The notes beneath the pieces are model-generated. The model was not told where the DNA came from, ran no database searches, and saw only the letters and a list, made by a program, of their open reading frames with translations. Shown one piece after another: positions 56,348 to 64,000 of a stretch of 64,000 nt of DNA (position 1 is its first letter; every line of letters begins with the position of its first letter). Position numbers and translations under genes: made by a program. The DNA lies in contig JBGSZS010000008.1 in assembly GCA_041750285.1 (NCBI GenBank), positions 32,001-96,000 of the forward strand. Direction: 5' to 3'. The DNA comes from Candidatus Fermentibacteraceae bacterium (GTDB taxonomy: Bacteria; Fermentibacterota; Fermentibacteria; Fermentibacterales; JCC-6).

Positions 56348-57100
56348 TCAGTCGATGAGGGCCGCCCCGAGTGCGCCGGTGATCCTGGGTTCGGGGGGAA
56401 CAACCACGCTAAGACCGGTCTCAGCTTCGACGGCACGCACGACGCCCATGTTCCTTGCCACTCCCCCGGTGAAGACCAACGGGGCCGCCACGCCTGCTCC
56501 GCCAGCCATGCCCAGCGTCCGGGCCGCGACGGAGCGGAACACTCCCCTGAGTATCCTCTCCCTGGGTATACCGCCCTGCAGAAGGCCGATGATCTCGCTT
56601 TCCGCAAAAACGGCGCACATCGTGCTTATCTCGACCGTGTCGTCACCGTCACGGGTTGCCTCGTCCATTCTCTCAAGCGGGATACCGAGTATGTCGCCCG
56701 CCATCTCGATGAAGCGCCCGGTTCCCGCCGCGCATCGGTCGTTCATGGAAAAGTCGACGGGTTTTCCGTTCTCGAGCCTGATGATCTTCGAGTCCTGCCC
56801 ACCGATGTCGATGATCGTAGCCGTTTCGGGGTGAAGCTGAAAAACTCCCCTGGCGTGGCAGATTATCTCGCTGCACGTGCGTGTGGCGTGGCCGAAGTAG
56901 TTCCTGCCGTAGCCGGTGGCCACGATCGAGGCAAGGTCTTCCGGCACCAGCCCGTTCCTCCCGAGGATCTGCCTGAACATGGCCTCGGCGTTCCCCCGGG
57001 GGTCCCGCAGGCTGTCGCCTATGATCACATCCACCGTTCGGGTACCGTCGTGAAGAAGCACCTCGACGCTTCGTGCCCCGATGTCCACACCGCACCTCAT
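56348..57100 (-). CDS. ATP-dependent acyl-CoA dehydratase activase (HgdC/YjiL/DCCP-R family)
   Basis: GVDIG, ATGYGR, SEI.CHA.G, IDIGGQDSK, MNDRCAAGTGRF, CAVFAESE, TGGVA.N, GALGAA. Confidence 0.95.
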   Translation of the reverse strand: MRCGVDIGARSVEVLLHDGTRTVDVIIGDSLRDPRGNAEAMFRQILGRNGLVPEDLASIVATGYGRNYFGHATRTCSEIICHARGVFQLHPETATIIDIGGQDSKIIRLENGKPVDFSMNDRCAAGTGRFIEMAGDILGIPLERMDEATRDGDDTVEISTMCAVFAESEIIGLLQGGIPRERILRGVFRSVAARTLGMAGGAGVAAPLVFTGGVARNMGVVRAVEAETGLSVVVPPEPRITGALGAALID

Positions 57101-58227
57101 CGGGCCATCTCCAGGAGGGTCTGGATGCGGACCATGATCTGCTCCCTGTCACCCGGGCTGTAGTCGGTCTCCACCTTCAGGTAGGGAAGGTTGAGTTCCT
57201 TCCGGACGAACCCGCCGACCTGGAACGACTCGACGTTGTAGGTGTGGCATGCCTGCCAGACAAGGTCGACAACTGCGTTGGCATTGAACTGCATGGCGAG
57301 CTTCGAGAGGAGTTCGAGCCTTCCTGTGTTTGGCGTCATGCAGCTGCACGGGATGCGGAAGTGTTTCTCAGCTATCGCGGTGAGGGGGTCGCCCTCTTCG
57401 CTCACGGGGTCGAGGGGCTTGATGCCGCTGCATGTCTCCTGTACGACCACAATCCCCCCGGCTTCCTCGATGATCTCCACGACCTTCAGCGTGCCCTCGC
57501 TCATGGGGCACCCTGTGACAAGCACCCTTGGCGCGTTCTCCTTCGCAGCGAAAACACCCCTCCTCTTCCTCTCCTCGAGCGCATCCCTCAGTTCCGAAAG
57601 CATGCGATGGTGCTCAGGCATGCCCGACACCCTGAAACGAAGCCTTCCCAGCTCGACGCCGCTTATCACGGGTCTGGGCTCGGCGCCGTACTCCATCACC
57701 GCCCGGAGAAGGGCCCTTTCCCTGTTCATGGTAGAGATCGCGCTGCGAAGGTCGTCGTCGCTTATCGGCTTTTTATAGAGTTCTTCAAGTCGGAGCTTGA
57801 GCTTCCTCACCTCCAGAAGCCAGTGCTCCCACGCCTCGGCCTCGAGCACCTTCTGCGTGAGTTCGAGGATGTGCTGGGGCTTGCGCTCCCTGATGAGTTC
57901 CCAGACCTTCTTCTTCCCGTCGCAGGTGGTTTCCGCGACGATGAGGTCTGCCATGCCGAAGAAAGGGCAGCCGTTCGTGAGAATGTACCCCAGGGAAGAC
58001 TTGATTAGGGGACAGAGGTTTGCGGGAAGAACTGTCTCCGCGGGTGGAATGGTCTTGCGGCTGGAGCCGCAGAGGCAGATCGGGTAAGCGCCTGCGGCGA
58101 GTATCAGGTCACGGGGCGTGAACTCGCAGTAGATGCCCACAACGCCCTTTCCCTTCTTCTTTTCCGCCCTTACGAAATCGATCTCGGCTCCCACGGATGT
58201 GGCGAAGTACTCAAAAGGGTTGATCAT
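57097..58227 (-). CDS. Double-cubane cluster protein (DCCP/YjiM-like), 2-hydroxyacyl-CoA dehydratase family
   Basis: GIYC, LCG, LPANLCPLIKSS, CPFF, ETTCDGKKK, TGCP, ETCSG, CSCMTPN, ACHTY, ETDYS. Confidence 0.88.
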   Translation of the reverse strand: MINPFEYFATSVGAEIDFVRAEKKKGKGVVGIYCEFTPRDLILAAGAYPICLCGSSRKTIPPAETVLPANLCPLIKSSLGYILTNGCPFFGMADLIVAETTCDGKKKVWELIRERKPQHILELTQKVLEAEAWEHWLLEVRKLKLRLEELYKKPISDDDLRSAISTMNRERALLRAVMEYGAEPRPVISGVELGRLRFRVSGMPEHHRMLSELRDALEERKRRGVFAAKENAPRVLVTGCPMSEGTLKVVEIIEEAGGIVVVQETCSGIKPLDPVSEEGDPLTAIAEKHFRIPCSCMTPNTGRLELLSKLAMQFNANAVVDLVWQACHTYNVESFQVGGFVRKELNLPYLKVETDYSPGDREQIMVRIQTLLEMAR

Positions 58228-59642
58228 GCTCTTCTCTCCCTGCGCTGTCTCACTATGTCCATGAAAGCCTCGATCCGGCTTCTCACCTGTTCACTCACCC
58301 TTCCCGGGCTGTAAGGCACGTCGAAGGAGAGTACGGGCAGCCCCAGCTCATCCCTGACTCTCTCACTGATGATCCTGTCGTCCCAGGGACAGTGGCTCGC
58401 CCCGAATATCCCGCTCAAAAGCACCCCTTCGGCACGAAAGTGCCTGATGTCACGCACTATCGCATCGGCCCTCATTGCCGGCGAGCAGAGCAGCCTGTCG
58501 TCGAAGCAGTTCTCCGCCACCGCAGTGAGGGGATCGGTATCCTCCCGGAGTGGAAGGAAGGCGTGATTGATGAAGTAGTCCGTCCCCGCCACACACCCCC
58601 CCATGTCTTCAAGGAGGGGTATCAGCGAGGCGTCGGTGGGCGGGTACACCCAGTAGATCCGAAGCGGGGGTTCTTCTCCTTTGAAGGGCGAAAGCCCCTG
58701 CGCGAGCCTCTCCTTCGCCACCCTGGCAAGCCCCTCGAGCACGGGGAAGCACTGGTCAGGCTCGCTGCAAGTGTGTATCGCGATGAACTCGGCAAGGTAC
58801 ATCTCAAGGCCGGGCAGCGGCGGGTAGTCGGCCCCGTAGACAAGCTCCCGAAGGTCCCTGACAATGGTGCGCAGCCTGTTGAAGAGCGCCACGCTTCCAC
58901 GGAGCATTTCTTCCGAGCACCTTACCCCTGTCGTTGTCTCCAGGGCGGAAACAACACCCGCCAGCTGTCCCCGCACGAAGGCAAGGTCTTTTTCCGAGAA
59001 TGGCACTCCCCCGAAAGGGGTAACAGAGCCTCTACCCCCGGGCACCGGTGCCGTCATCTCCCACCAGTGCACGGGCATTCCGAGCCCCTCAACAAGCTGC
59101 ATCACCGCGCTGAAGTCGTCGCAGCACGCCCCGACACCGGCCACGCAGAGGTCGGGCCTGGGAAAGTAATCGAGGGTTTTCATGGCGCCCAGAACGGCCC
59201 GCACGTAGCAAAGCTCCTCGGTTGCGCCAAGGTCGGAAGCTGCGTCGAGAAGGTGGGTGCTTTCGGCGAAACACGGCGCCCACCACAGTTCGTCGGCGTA
59301 GAAGGAGAGCTGCCCGGGGAAGGCGTAGGCGAGAACGGCGGTCTGCCCGAGGTCCTTCATAAGGGCGATGATCCTGGCGCCCGAGTTCTTCGCCAGGAAA
59401 AGCCTGTCCTTCTCGCTGAACAGAAATGCCCACAGCCTGAGTGCCTCGGGAGAGCTGTCGAACCTAAGCCGCCTCAGAAGCAGGTCGCCGCGGCACGAAT
59501 ACTCCCAGGGCGTGAACAGGTATTCCACTCCGCCGGGTATGAATCCCCTGAGGGACCGGCACTGCGCGGCGAACTCATCAGGTATCTTCAGCTTGCGCGA
59601 TTCCCACTCAAGGGCCGTGAGTTTTCGCACAGGGTCATGCAT
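58224..59642 (-). CDS. 2-hydroxyacyl-CoA dehydratase family subunit with N-terminal extension
   Basis: EELCYVR, FPRPDL, GACCDDF, LE..TG, SHCPW, LGLPVLSFD, RSRIEAF. Confidence 0.8.
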   Translation of the reverse strand: MHDPVRKLTALEWESRKLKIPDEFAAQCRSLRGFIPGGVEYLFTPWEYSCRGDLLLRRLRFDSSPEALRLWAFLFSEKDRLFLAKNSGARIIALMKDLGQTAVLAYAFPGQLSFYADELWWAPCFAESTHLLDAASDLGATEELCYVRAVLGAMKTLDYFPRPDLCVAGVGACCDDFSAVMQLVEGLGMPVHWWEMTAPVPGGRGSVTPFGGVPFSEKDLAFVRGQLAGVVSALETTTGVRCSEEMLRGSVALFNRLRTIVRDLRELVYGADYPPLPGLEMYLAEFIAIHTCSEPDQCFPVLEGLARVAKERLAQGLSPFKGEEPPLRIYWVYPPTDASLIPLLEDMGGCVAGTDYFINHAFLPLREDTDPLTAVAENCFDDRLLCSPAMRADAIVRDIRHFRAEGVLLSGIFGASHCPWDDRIISERVRDELGLPVLSFDVPYSPGRVSEQVRSRIEAFMDIVRQRRERRA

Positions 59643-60630
59643 TACGGGCCTCCAGGGTCTCCACGAACGCCTGGAGCCGGACGGAGGACCGTCCCCGCTC
59701 CCCCGGGGAAAGGTCGCTCGAAAGCACCAGCACCGGGAACGGCATCCGGCGGAACCTCTCCTTCTCGGTGTGCCAGAGGTCGCAGAAGGAAAGGGTCTTG
59801 AGAACAAGGCCGTGGCAGCCGGAATCGACGACCTGCCCGGCAATCCACTCAAGAACCCCGTGGTTCGGCCGGTTACGTATGCAGCGGGCATCGTTGAACG
59901 ATGCGAGCGCGAGTTCCCGGATGGAACCGTCCGCCGGGACCGTTGACGGAAGCCCGGAAAGACCCGTACATCCAAGGGGAAGGTAACCCGCTCCGAGTTC
60001 CGCAAGGGTGCCCGGTACAACATCATCACCCCGGGCCATGACACTTCCCGTAACAGCGATCCTGACCCCGGGCGTCCGGCTTTCAAGGGCAACCTCCCGC
60101 GGGAAGGTATTCCCTGCGAAAAAACCGAGGAACAGCTCCTGAAGGATCAGCGGCGGTACCCGGAATGAGAGGGCCGCCGCCCGAAGCACGGCAGCCCCCC
60201 TGAGACGTTCGGTCTCCCATGCAAGGGCCGCCACGGGGTCATATCCTGAGGAGAAACCGGCTTTGACGACCTCCAATGCAAGGTTCTCTACTGAGTCGCA
60301 GAACCAGCCCGCTGACTCGGCAGTCCTTGTGGCGGGGAACTGAAGCAGGAAGACCTTTTTGCCCGACAGGCGTTCGAGTTCCTGAAAGAGGCGCCTGGTC
60401 ATGTCGCAGGTGTACATCCCCGCCCATGCGTCCACCGAACCGAATCCCTCAGAACAGGTCACGATACCGCCGAGCACCGATTTTACGAAGGGGCAGAGGT
60501 CGGGGCGGACAAGGGCTTCCCCTGCCCTCTCCGGGCCCGCAACCACGCCACGCCACGGCTGGAGCCCAAGGCCCACAGCAACAGCCGGGGGAAAGCCACG
60601 GCAGAGGTAACCAAGAACGGGCTGGTTTAT
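59635..60630 (-). CDS. 2-hydroxyacyl-CoA dehydratase family subunit, probable ATA start
   Basis: VLGYLC..FP, DLCPFVKS, TCDMTRR, GCTG, RC.R.RPN, SFCDLW, RLQAFVE; AGGAG lies 5 nt before ATA at 60630. Confidence 0.8.
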   Translation of the reverse strand: MNQPVLGYLCRGFPPAVAVGLGLQPWRGVVAGPERAGEALVRPDLCPFVKSVLGGIVTCSEGFGSVDAWAGMYTCDMTRRLFQELERLSGKKVFLLQFPATRTAESAGWFCDSVENLALEVVKAGFSSGYDPVAALAWETERLRGAAVLRAAALSFRVPPLILQELFLGFFAGNTFPREVALESRTPGVRIAVTGSVMARGDDVVPGTLAELGAGYLPLGCTGLSGLPSTVPADGSIRELALASFNDARCIRNRPNHGVLEWIAGQVVDSGCHGLVLKTLSFCDLWHTEKERFRRMPFPVLVLSSDLSPGERGRSSVRLQAFVETLEARNA

Positions 60631-61430
60631 GAGCGCTCCTTCACGGCAACGAACCGTCCCCTGCCGAAGTTCCCGGCACGCGCCTTCTCAAGCATGAAAC
60701 CGAACTCGGCACCGAGGAATGCGAAGACATCAGGGTTCCAGCCCAGTATCCGCATCGCGTCGAAGTGCCTCTGGCCCGCGAGCTGCCCAAGGTAGTTCTG
60801 AATGTGATCGGCGAAATCCGCCGTATGATCGGATACCTCCAGCACCCTGAACCCGTTCTCCTGGAGAAGCGTGGTGTAACCCTTGATGCAGAGCATGTCG
60901 GGGAACTTCATCACAGAACAGATGCGCCGGGCCGAATCCTCGTCCATCCCCGCGGGGCCGATCAGCCAGTCCGTGAAGGCGATCTTCCCGCCGGGGCGCA
61001 GCACCCTTGCGGCCTCGGAGATGAGCCGGGCCTTGTCCTCAACGTAGCACCAGGCGTCCTCGCCCCACACGCCGTCGAATCGCGCGTCGGGGTAGGGGAT
61101 CGCAGTGACGTCGCCAAGCTTGACCTCGCAGTTGCCAAAGCCCGCCTCGGAAAGCCTTTTTTGGGACTCGTCCACCATGTGGGGGGTTGCATCAACGCCG
61201 TACGCCTTCACGCCGTATGTTCTGGCCAGGAAGTGCATGCCGGCCCCCAGGGCCGAGCAGAGGTCTACCACTTCATCCCCGGCCTTCCATCCCGCTATGT
61301 CTCCCAGGGCTTTCGAGCTTGCGTACCCTCCGACATGGATCTGCTCGCCCATGATGAGCTCCCACAGCCTGCCCTCAAAGCCGCTGTAGACTTCTTTGAC
61401 ATTCTCAAGGGTCATTCCGGTTTTCTGCAT
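60627..61430 (-). CDS. Class I SAM-dependent methyltransferase
   Basis: IHVGG, VVDLCSALGAG, GVDA, GDVTAIPYPDARFDGVW, RVLRPGGKIAFTDW; GGAGGG RBS. Confidence 0.9.
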   Translation of the reverse strand: MQKTGMTLENVKEVYSGFEGRLWELIMGEQIHVGGYASSKALGDIAGWKAGDEVVDLCSALGAGMHFLARTYGVKAYGVDATPHMVDESQKRLSEAGFGNCEVKLGDVTAIPYPDARFDGVWGEDAWCYVEDKARLISEAARVLRPGGKIAFTDWLIGPAGMDEDSARRICSVMKFPDMLCIKGYTTLLQENGFRVLEVSDHTADFADHIQNYLGQLAGQRHFDAMRILGWNPDVFAFLGAEFGFMLEKARAGNFGRGRFVAVKERS

Positions 61431-61602
61431 TGCGCCCTCCAAGCTGCCGGGGTTCCGGCGTTGCGGCGGAGAGCGGAGAGGTTACGGAACGCGTCCCTGC
61501 ACTCCACCTGTGCCCGGGTTCCCACGGAACCCGTTAAAGGTTCCTCAGGTCCGCGATACGATGGTGTGCAGGTTCATCAATTCCCTTCCGTACGGGTAAG
61601 TT
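61431..61602 (-). promoter_or_regulatory. Structured 5' leader with alternative helices (candidate cis-regulatory RNA)
   Basis: Several 7-10 bp complementary segments, an anti-SD element and a uORF; see findings. Confidence 0.5.
61545..61577 (-). CDS. Putative leader peptide MNLHTIVSRT
   Basis: ATG AAC CTG CAC ACC ATC GTA TCG CGG ACC TGA preceded by GGAAGGGA. Confidence 0.35.
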   Translation of the reverse strand: MNLHTIVSRT

Positions 61603-61608
61603 TTTCGA

Positions 61609-61637
61609 ACACTACGGAAAGACCGGGGGTTGGTCAA
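61609..61637 (-). promoter_or_regulatory. Putative sigma70-type promoter of the methyltransferase/dehydratase operon
   Basis: TTGACC-N17-TAGTGT. Confidence 0.6.
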
Positions 61638-61672
61638 GAGGGTCGAACACCGTATTCCGGCATCCGACCCTC
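61638..61672 (-). terminator. 15-bp stem-loop after the upstream secreted-protein gene
   Basis: GAGGGTCGGATGCCG-GAATA-CGGTGTTCGACCCTC; the three G-U pairs work only on the minus strand; weak U-tract. Confidence 0.6.
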
Positions 61673-61689
61673 AAGTTCAACAACCGAAC

Positions 61690-63369
61690 CTAGAGCAGTA
61701 TCATCCGTGACACAAAAACCCTGGAACCGTTCTCCATCCTCACGAGGTAAACGCCAGGCGGGACCGAGCCGGACCTGTTCCAGGAGACCGACGCGCCCTC
61801 CGCCCCCAGAACCGTGCCAAGGCTGTCAACGAGCCGTCCGGAGAGGTCGTAGATCCGAACAAAGGCAGTCTCTCCCGCAACCCCGCCCAGAACAAAGCTC
61901 ACCGCTCCCCTGGAGGGGTTAGGTGTTACTCGAAGGAACCCGGAGCACGAACCGGGGTCAACGCCCAGGTACTGACCCATGGTGCCATCGGACTGGATGT
62001 TCTGGGCGTAGACGCCGCCGTCACTCCTGAAGTCGGTCCAGGCATAGTAGGCGCCGCCATCGTATCCCGGGCACACCACGGGGTCGTCCTTGCCCCCGAG
62101 GCTTCCCGCCGAAAGCGAGACCGGCCCCCACAGGACCGTTCCATCGAAGCCAAGCTTCAGGACCTTGAGGGATGTGTTCGACGAATTGATGAAGTAGGAG
62201 ACGAAGATCCCGTCTGTTGACGCCATGGCAGTAACGAAGGCAGTCTGCTCCGCCCCGAGCGGAAGAAGCTCGAGGCCGCTGTCCGTCCACAACCGATCCC
62301 CTGTTTCAGAGAACTTCTGTCCGTAGACACCGTACATGTTCTGGTTGGCGTTGCTCTCCACCCAGAAGACAAAGCATTCGCCCGCGGTGTTCATCACCGC
62401 CGAGGGGCTCATGTGCAGCCTGTCCTCGGAAAAAGTCGAGGCCTGGGCGCCGTTGAAGGGGAAAAGGTTGATGCCCTGGCTGTCGAGGTGCTGCACCCAC
62501 ACATCGAACGCGTTCACAGTGGGTGAATCGTACCAGAAGCAAACAGCCCCGTCTGAACCATCCCCGATGATCCCCGGGAAGGTCCATGGGGTAATGGCGC
62601 CGGTGTTGTAGACAAGGACCGGCGAGTCGCTCCAGGTGCCCTCTCCGTTCACATCGAGCATGTCCGCGTAGAGGTGGGTCACCGTCATGGGGTATGACCC
62701 GGTCGAGCTTTTCCAGAGAACTATGACGCTGTCCTGGCCCGAGGCAACCATGGCCGGCGAGGAAAGGTCCGCCGAAGCGCTCGACAGGACAAGACCGTAG
62801 TCTCCCCACAGTTTCTCGCCCGAAGGGGAGAGCTTCTGGAAGACGAGGTAGTCGGTGTCTTCGGACTTGCCCCAGGCAAAAACGCAGTTCCCCTGATCCG
62901 TCACCGCGACCACGGGGTTCGGCTCAAACCCCGGAACCGAAGGGTTCGAGAGGCAAATTCCATCGTCCCCCCACAGGAACTCCCCCGAACTGCTTACCTT
63001 GTAGACCGAGACGTCCAGTTCGCCCGAGCCGTTCCTCTCGTCCGAAAACGCCAGAACTGCGTTGTCCGACCCGTCGACGGCCATAGAGTAGTCTACGATC
63101 CAGCTCATCTGGGGCTGGTCGCTCACAAGAATCCCGTCATCCCCAAGCTGGGGATTGCCCTGGTAATCCAAACGCTGAAGGTAGACGCAGTAGCTCCCCG
63201 ACCTGGTATCGAACCAGGAGATGAAGCACCCGCCGTCTGATGTGGGAACGATCTTTGGAAGAACCTGCTCACCCGAAAGGTCACAGATCGTGAGATTCAG
63301 GGTGGAATCAGGGCTCCACTGGCCGAGAAGAAGTGATGGAAGAAGGAACAACCACGGAAAGGCTCTCAT
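61690..63369 (-). CDS. Secreted repeat protein (beta-propeller-like) with T9SS-like C-terminal domain
   Basis: Signal peptide; repeats DG.GG....W.D.R....Y.Q.L...G...W; C-terminal TPNPS...IYDLSGRLV...W...PGVYLV. Confidence 0.8.
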   Translation of the reverse strand: MRAFPWLFLLPSLLLGQWSPDSTLNLTICDLSGEQVLPKIVPTSDGGCFISWFDTRSGSYCVYLQRLDYQGNPQLGDDGILVSDQPQMSWIVDYSMAVDGSDNAVLAFSDERNGSGELDVSVYKVSSSGEFLWGDDGICLSNPSVPGFEPNPVVAVTDQGNCVFAWGKSEDTDYLVFQKLSPSGEKLWGDYGLVLSSASADLSSPAMVASGQDSVIVLWKSSTGSYPMTVTHLYADMLDVNGEGTWSDSPVLVYNTGAITPWTFPGIIGDGSDGAVCFWYDSPTVNAFDVWVQHLDSQGINLFPFNGAQASTFSEDRLHMSPSAVMNTAGECFVFWVESNANQNMYGVYGQKFSETGDRLWTDSGLELLPLGAEQTAFVTAMASTDGIFVSYFINSSNTSLKVLKLGFDGTVLWGPVSLSAGSLGGKDDPVVCPGYDGGAYYAWTDFRSDGGVYAQNIQSDGTMGQYLGVDPGSCSGFLRVTPNPSRGAVSFVLGGVAGETAFVRIYDLSGRLVDSLGTVLGAEGASVSWNRSGSVPPGVYLVRMENGSRVFVSRMILL

Positions 63370-63458
63370 GGCGACCCCCGATCATGTTCAAACCACCCCG
63401 CAGCACTCTGCAGAACACCCGGCATGAGATACAAAAAACCGGAGGATCAGACAATGGA

Positions 63459-64000
63459 TCAAGGCGAACTGCTCTTCACTCCCATGGTGCCACGCAGCTC
63501 TTCCGCGAGTTGGGAGTACCTTTCCCGGGCTTCCAGGAACTTGCTGCGGAGGTCATCGGACGACTTCACCAGAAGAAGCCTTTCCACAAGCGCCGCGTCT
63601 TCGGGTGGATAATCACGGTAGGCGTATCGAAGACCGAAGTCCACCTTTTGCGGCCGGTGCCTGAGGTTCAGCATCACACCAAGGTTCCTGACGATGTACT
63701 GGTAGTAGAATGGAAAAGCTTCGGAGACCCTGTCTCTGGCCAGAGCCTTCCCCACCTCGATCTCCAGCACGAAACCCTGTTCAAGCGCTGTCGCATAGAA
63801 CTTCCGTGCCTTTTCGAGAACCTGTTCAGGGGGTGTCGGGGCGGTGTCGACGATGGGTTCCTTCTCGAACCAGACCACTGCTTCACCATGACGGTCGCGA
63901 GCGGTGAACCTGTCGTGGACGGATCTTCTGATGAAGGCCAGGTCCAGATAGTAGAACTCAGGGGTATCCGACAGAAGGTAGAAGATCTGGGAGAACCCGT
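63459..64000 (-). CDS. Probable nucleotidyltransferase-domain protein (5' end outside the window)
   Basis: Open frame to the window edge: GFSQIFYLL...YLDLAFI...RHGEAVVWFEK...RHRP...DFGLRY. Confidence 0.55.
   Translation of the reverse strand, partial: GFSQIFYLLSDTPEFYYLDLAFIRRSVHDRFTARDRHGEAVVWFEKEPIVDTAPTPPEQVLEKARKFYATALEQGFVLEIEVGKALARDRVSEAFPFYYQYIVRNLGVMLNLRHRPQKVDFGLRYAYRDYPPEDAALVERLLLVKSSDDLRSKFLEARERYSQLAEELRGTMGVKSSSP

Noticed and set aside
60631..60690. Selenocysteine readthrough or fusion at the in-frame TGA upstream of the dehydratase subunit
   Set aside because: That TGA lies out of frame within the methyltransferase gene and the intervening peptide is not family-like; an ATA start with an SD explains the data more simply.
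61431..61602. Known riboswitch assignment (SAM-I, SAM-III, SAH, cobalamin, TPP, T-box)
   Set aside because: Only short fragments resemble each consensus (AAGGGAA, TGAACCTG, GTAACC); the core conserved elements are missing.

Overview
High-GC, densely coding bacterial chromosome segment from an anaerobic, probably proteolytic fermenter. The FCB-group affiliation (Candidatus Fermentibacteria-like) is an inference from six secreted proteins with T9SS-like C-terminal sorting domains, rubrerythrin and 2-hydroxyacyl-CoA dehydratase-family genes. About 68 CDS are supported. They include a ~15.4 kb, 19-gene minus-strand housekeeping run (aminotransferase, folB, folK, dNK, panC, panD, glmU, HIT, LytR_C, rsfS, argS, pfkB, purM, apgM, mnmA, nadA, C26, manA, manC), five secreted peptidases, a DUF2723/TPR membrane operon, and a Cas4-like nuclease-DinG helicase fusion. 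An AT-richer islet (~52.5-55.2 kb) carries a degenerate tRNA-like element and two type II toxin-antitoxin pairs bracketed by a direct repeat. The best candidate for an undescribed system is the minus-strand operon at 56348-61430: a SAM methyltransferase, three 2-hydroxyacyl-CoA dehydratase-family Fe-S proteins (one of double-cubane DCCP type) and one ATP-dependent activase. It is preceded by a ~170-nt leader with a 10-codon uORF and mutually exclusive helices, and one of its genes appears to start at ATA. No rRNA, intact tRNA, CRISPR array, integrase or transposase was seen. All product calls rest on motif recognition by eye, not on database searches.
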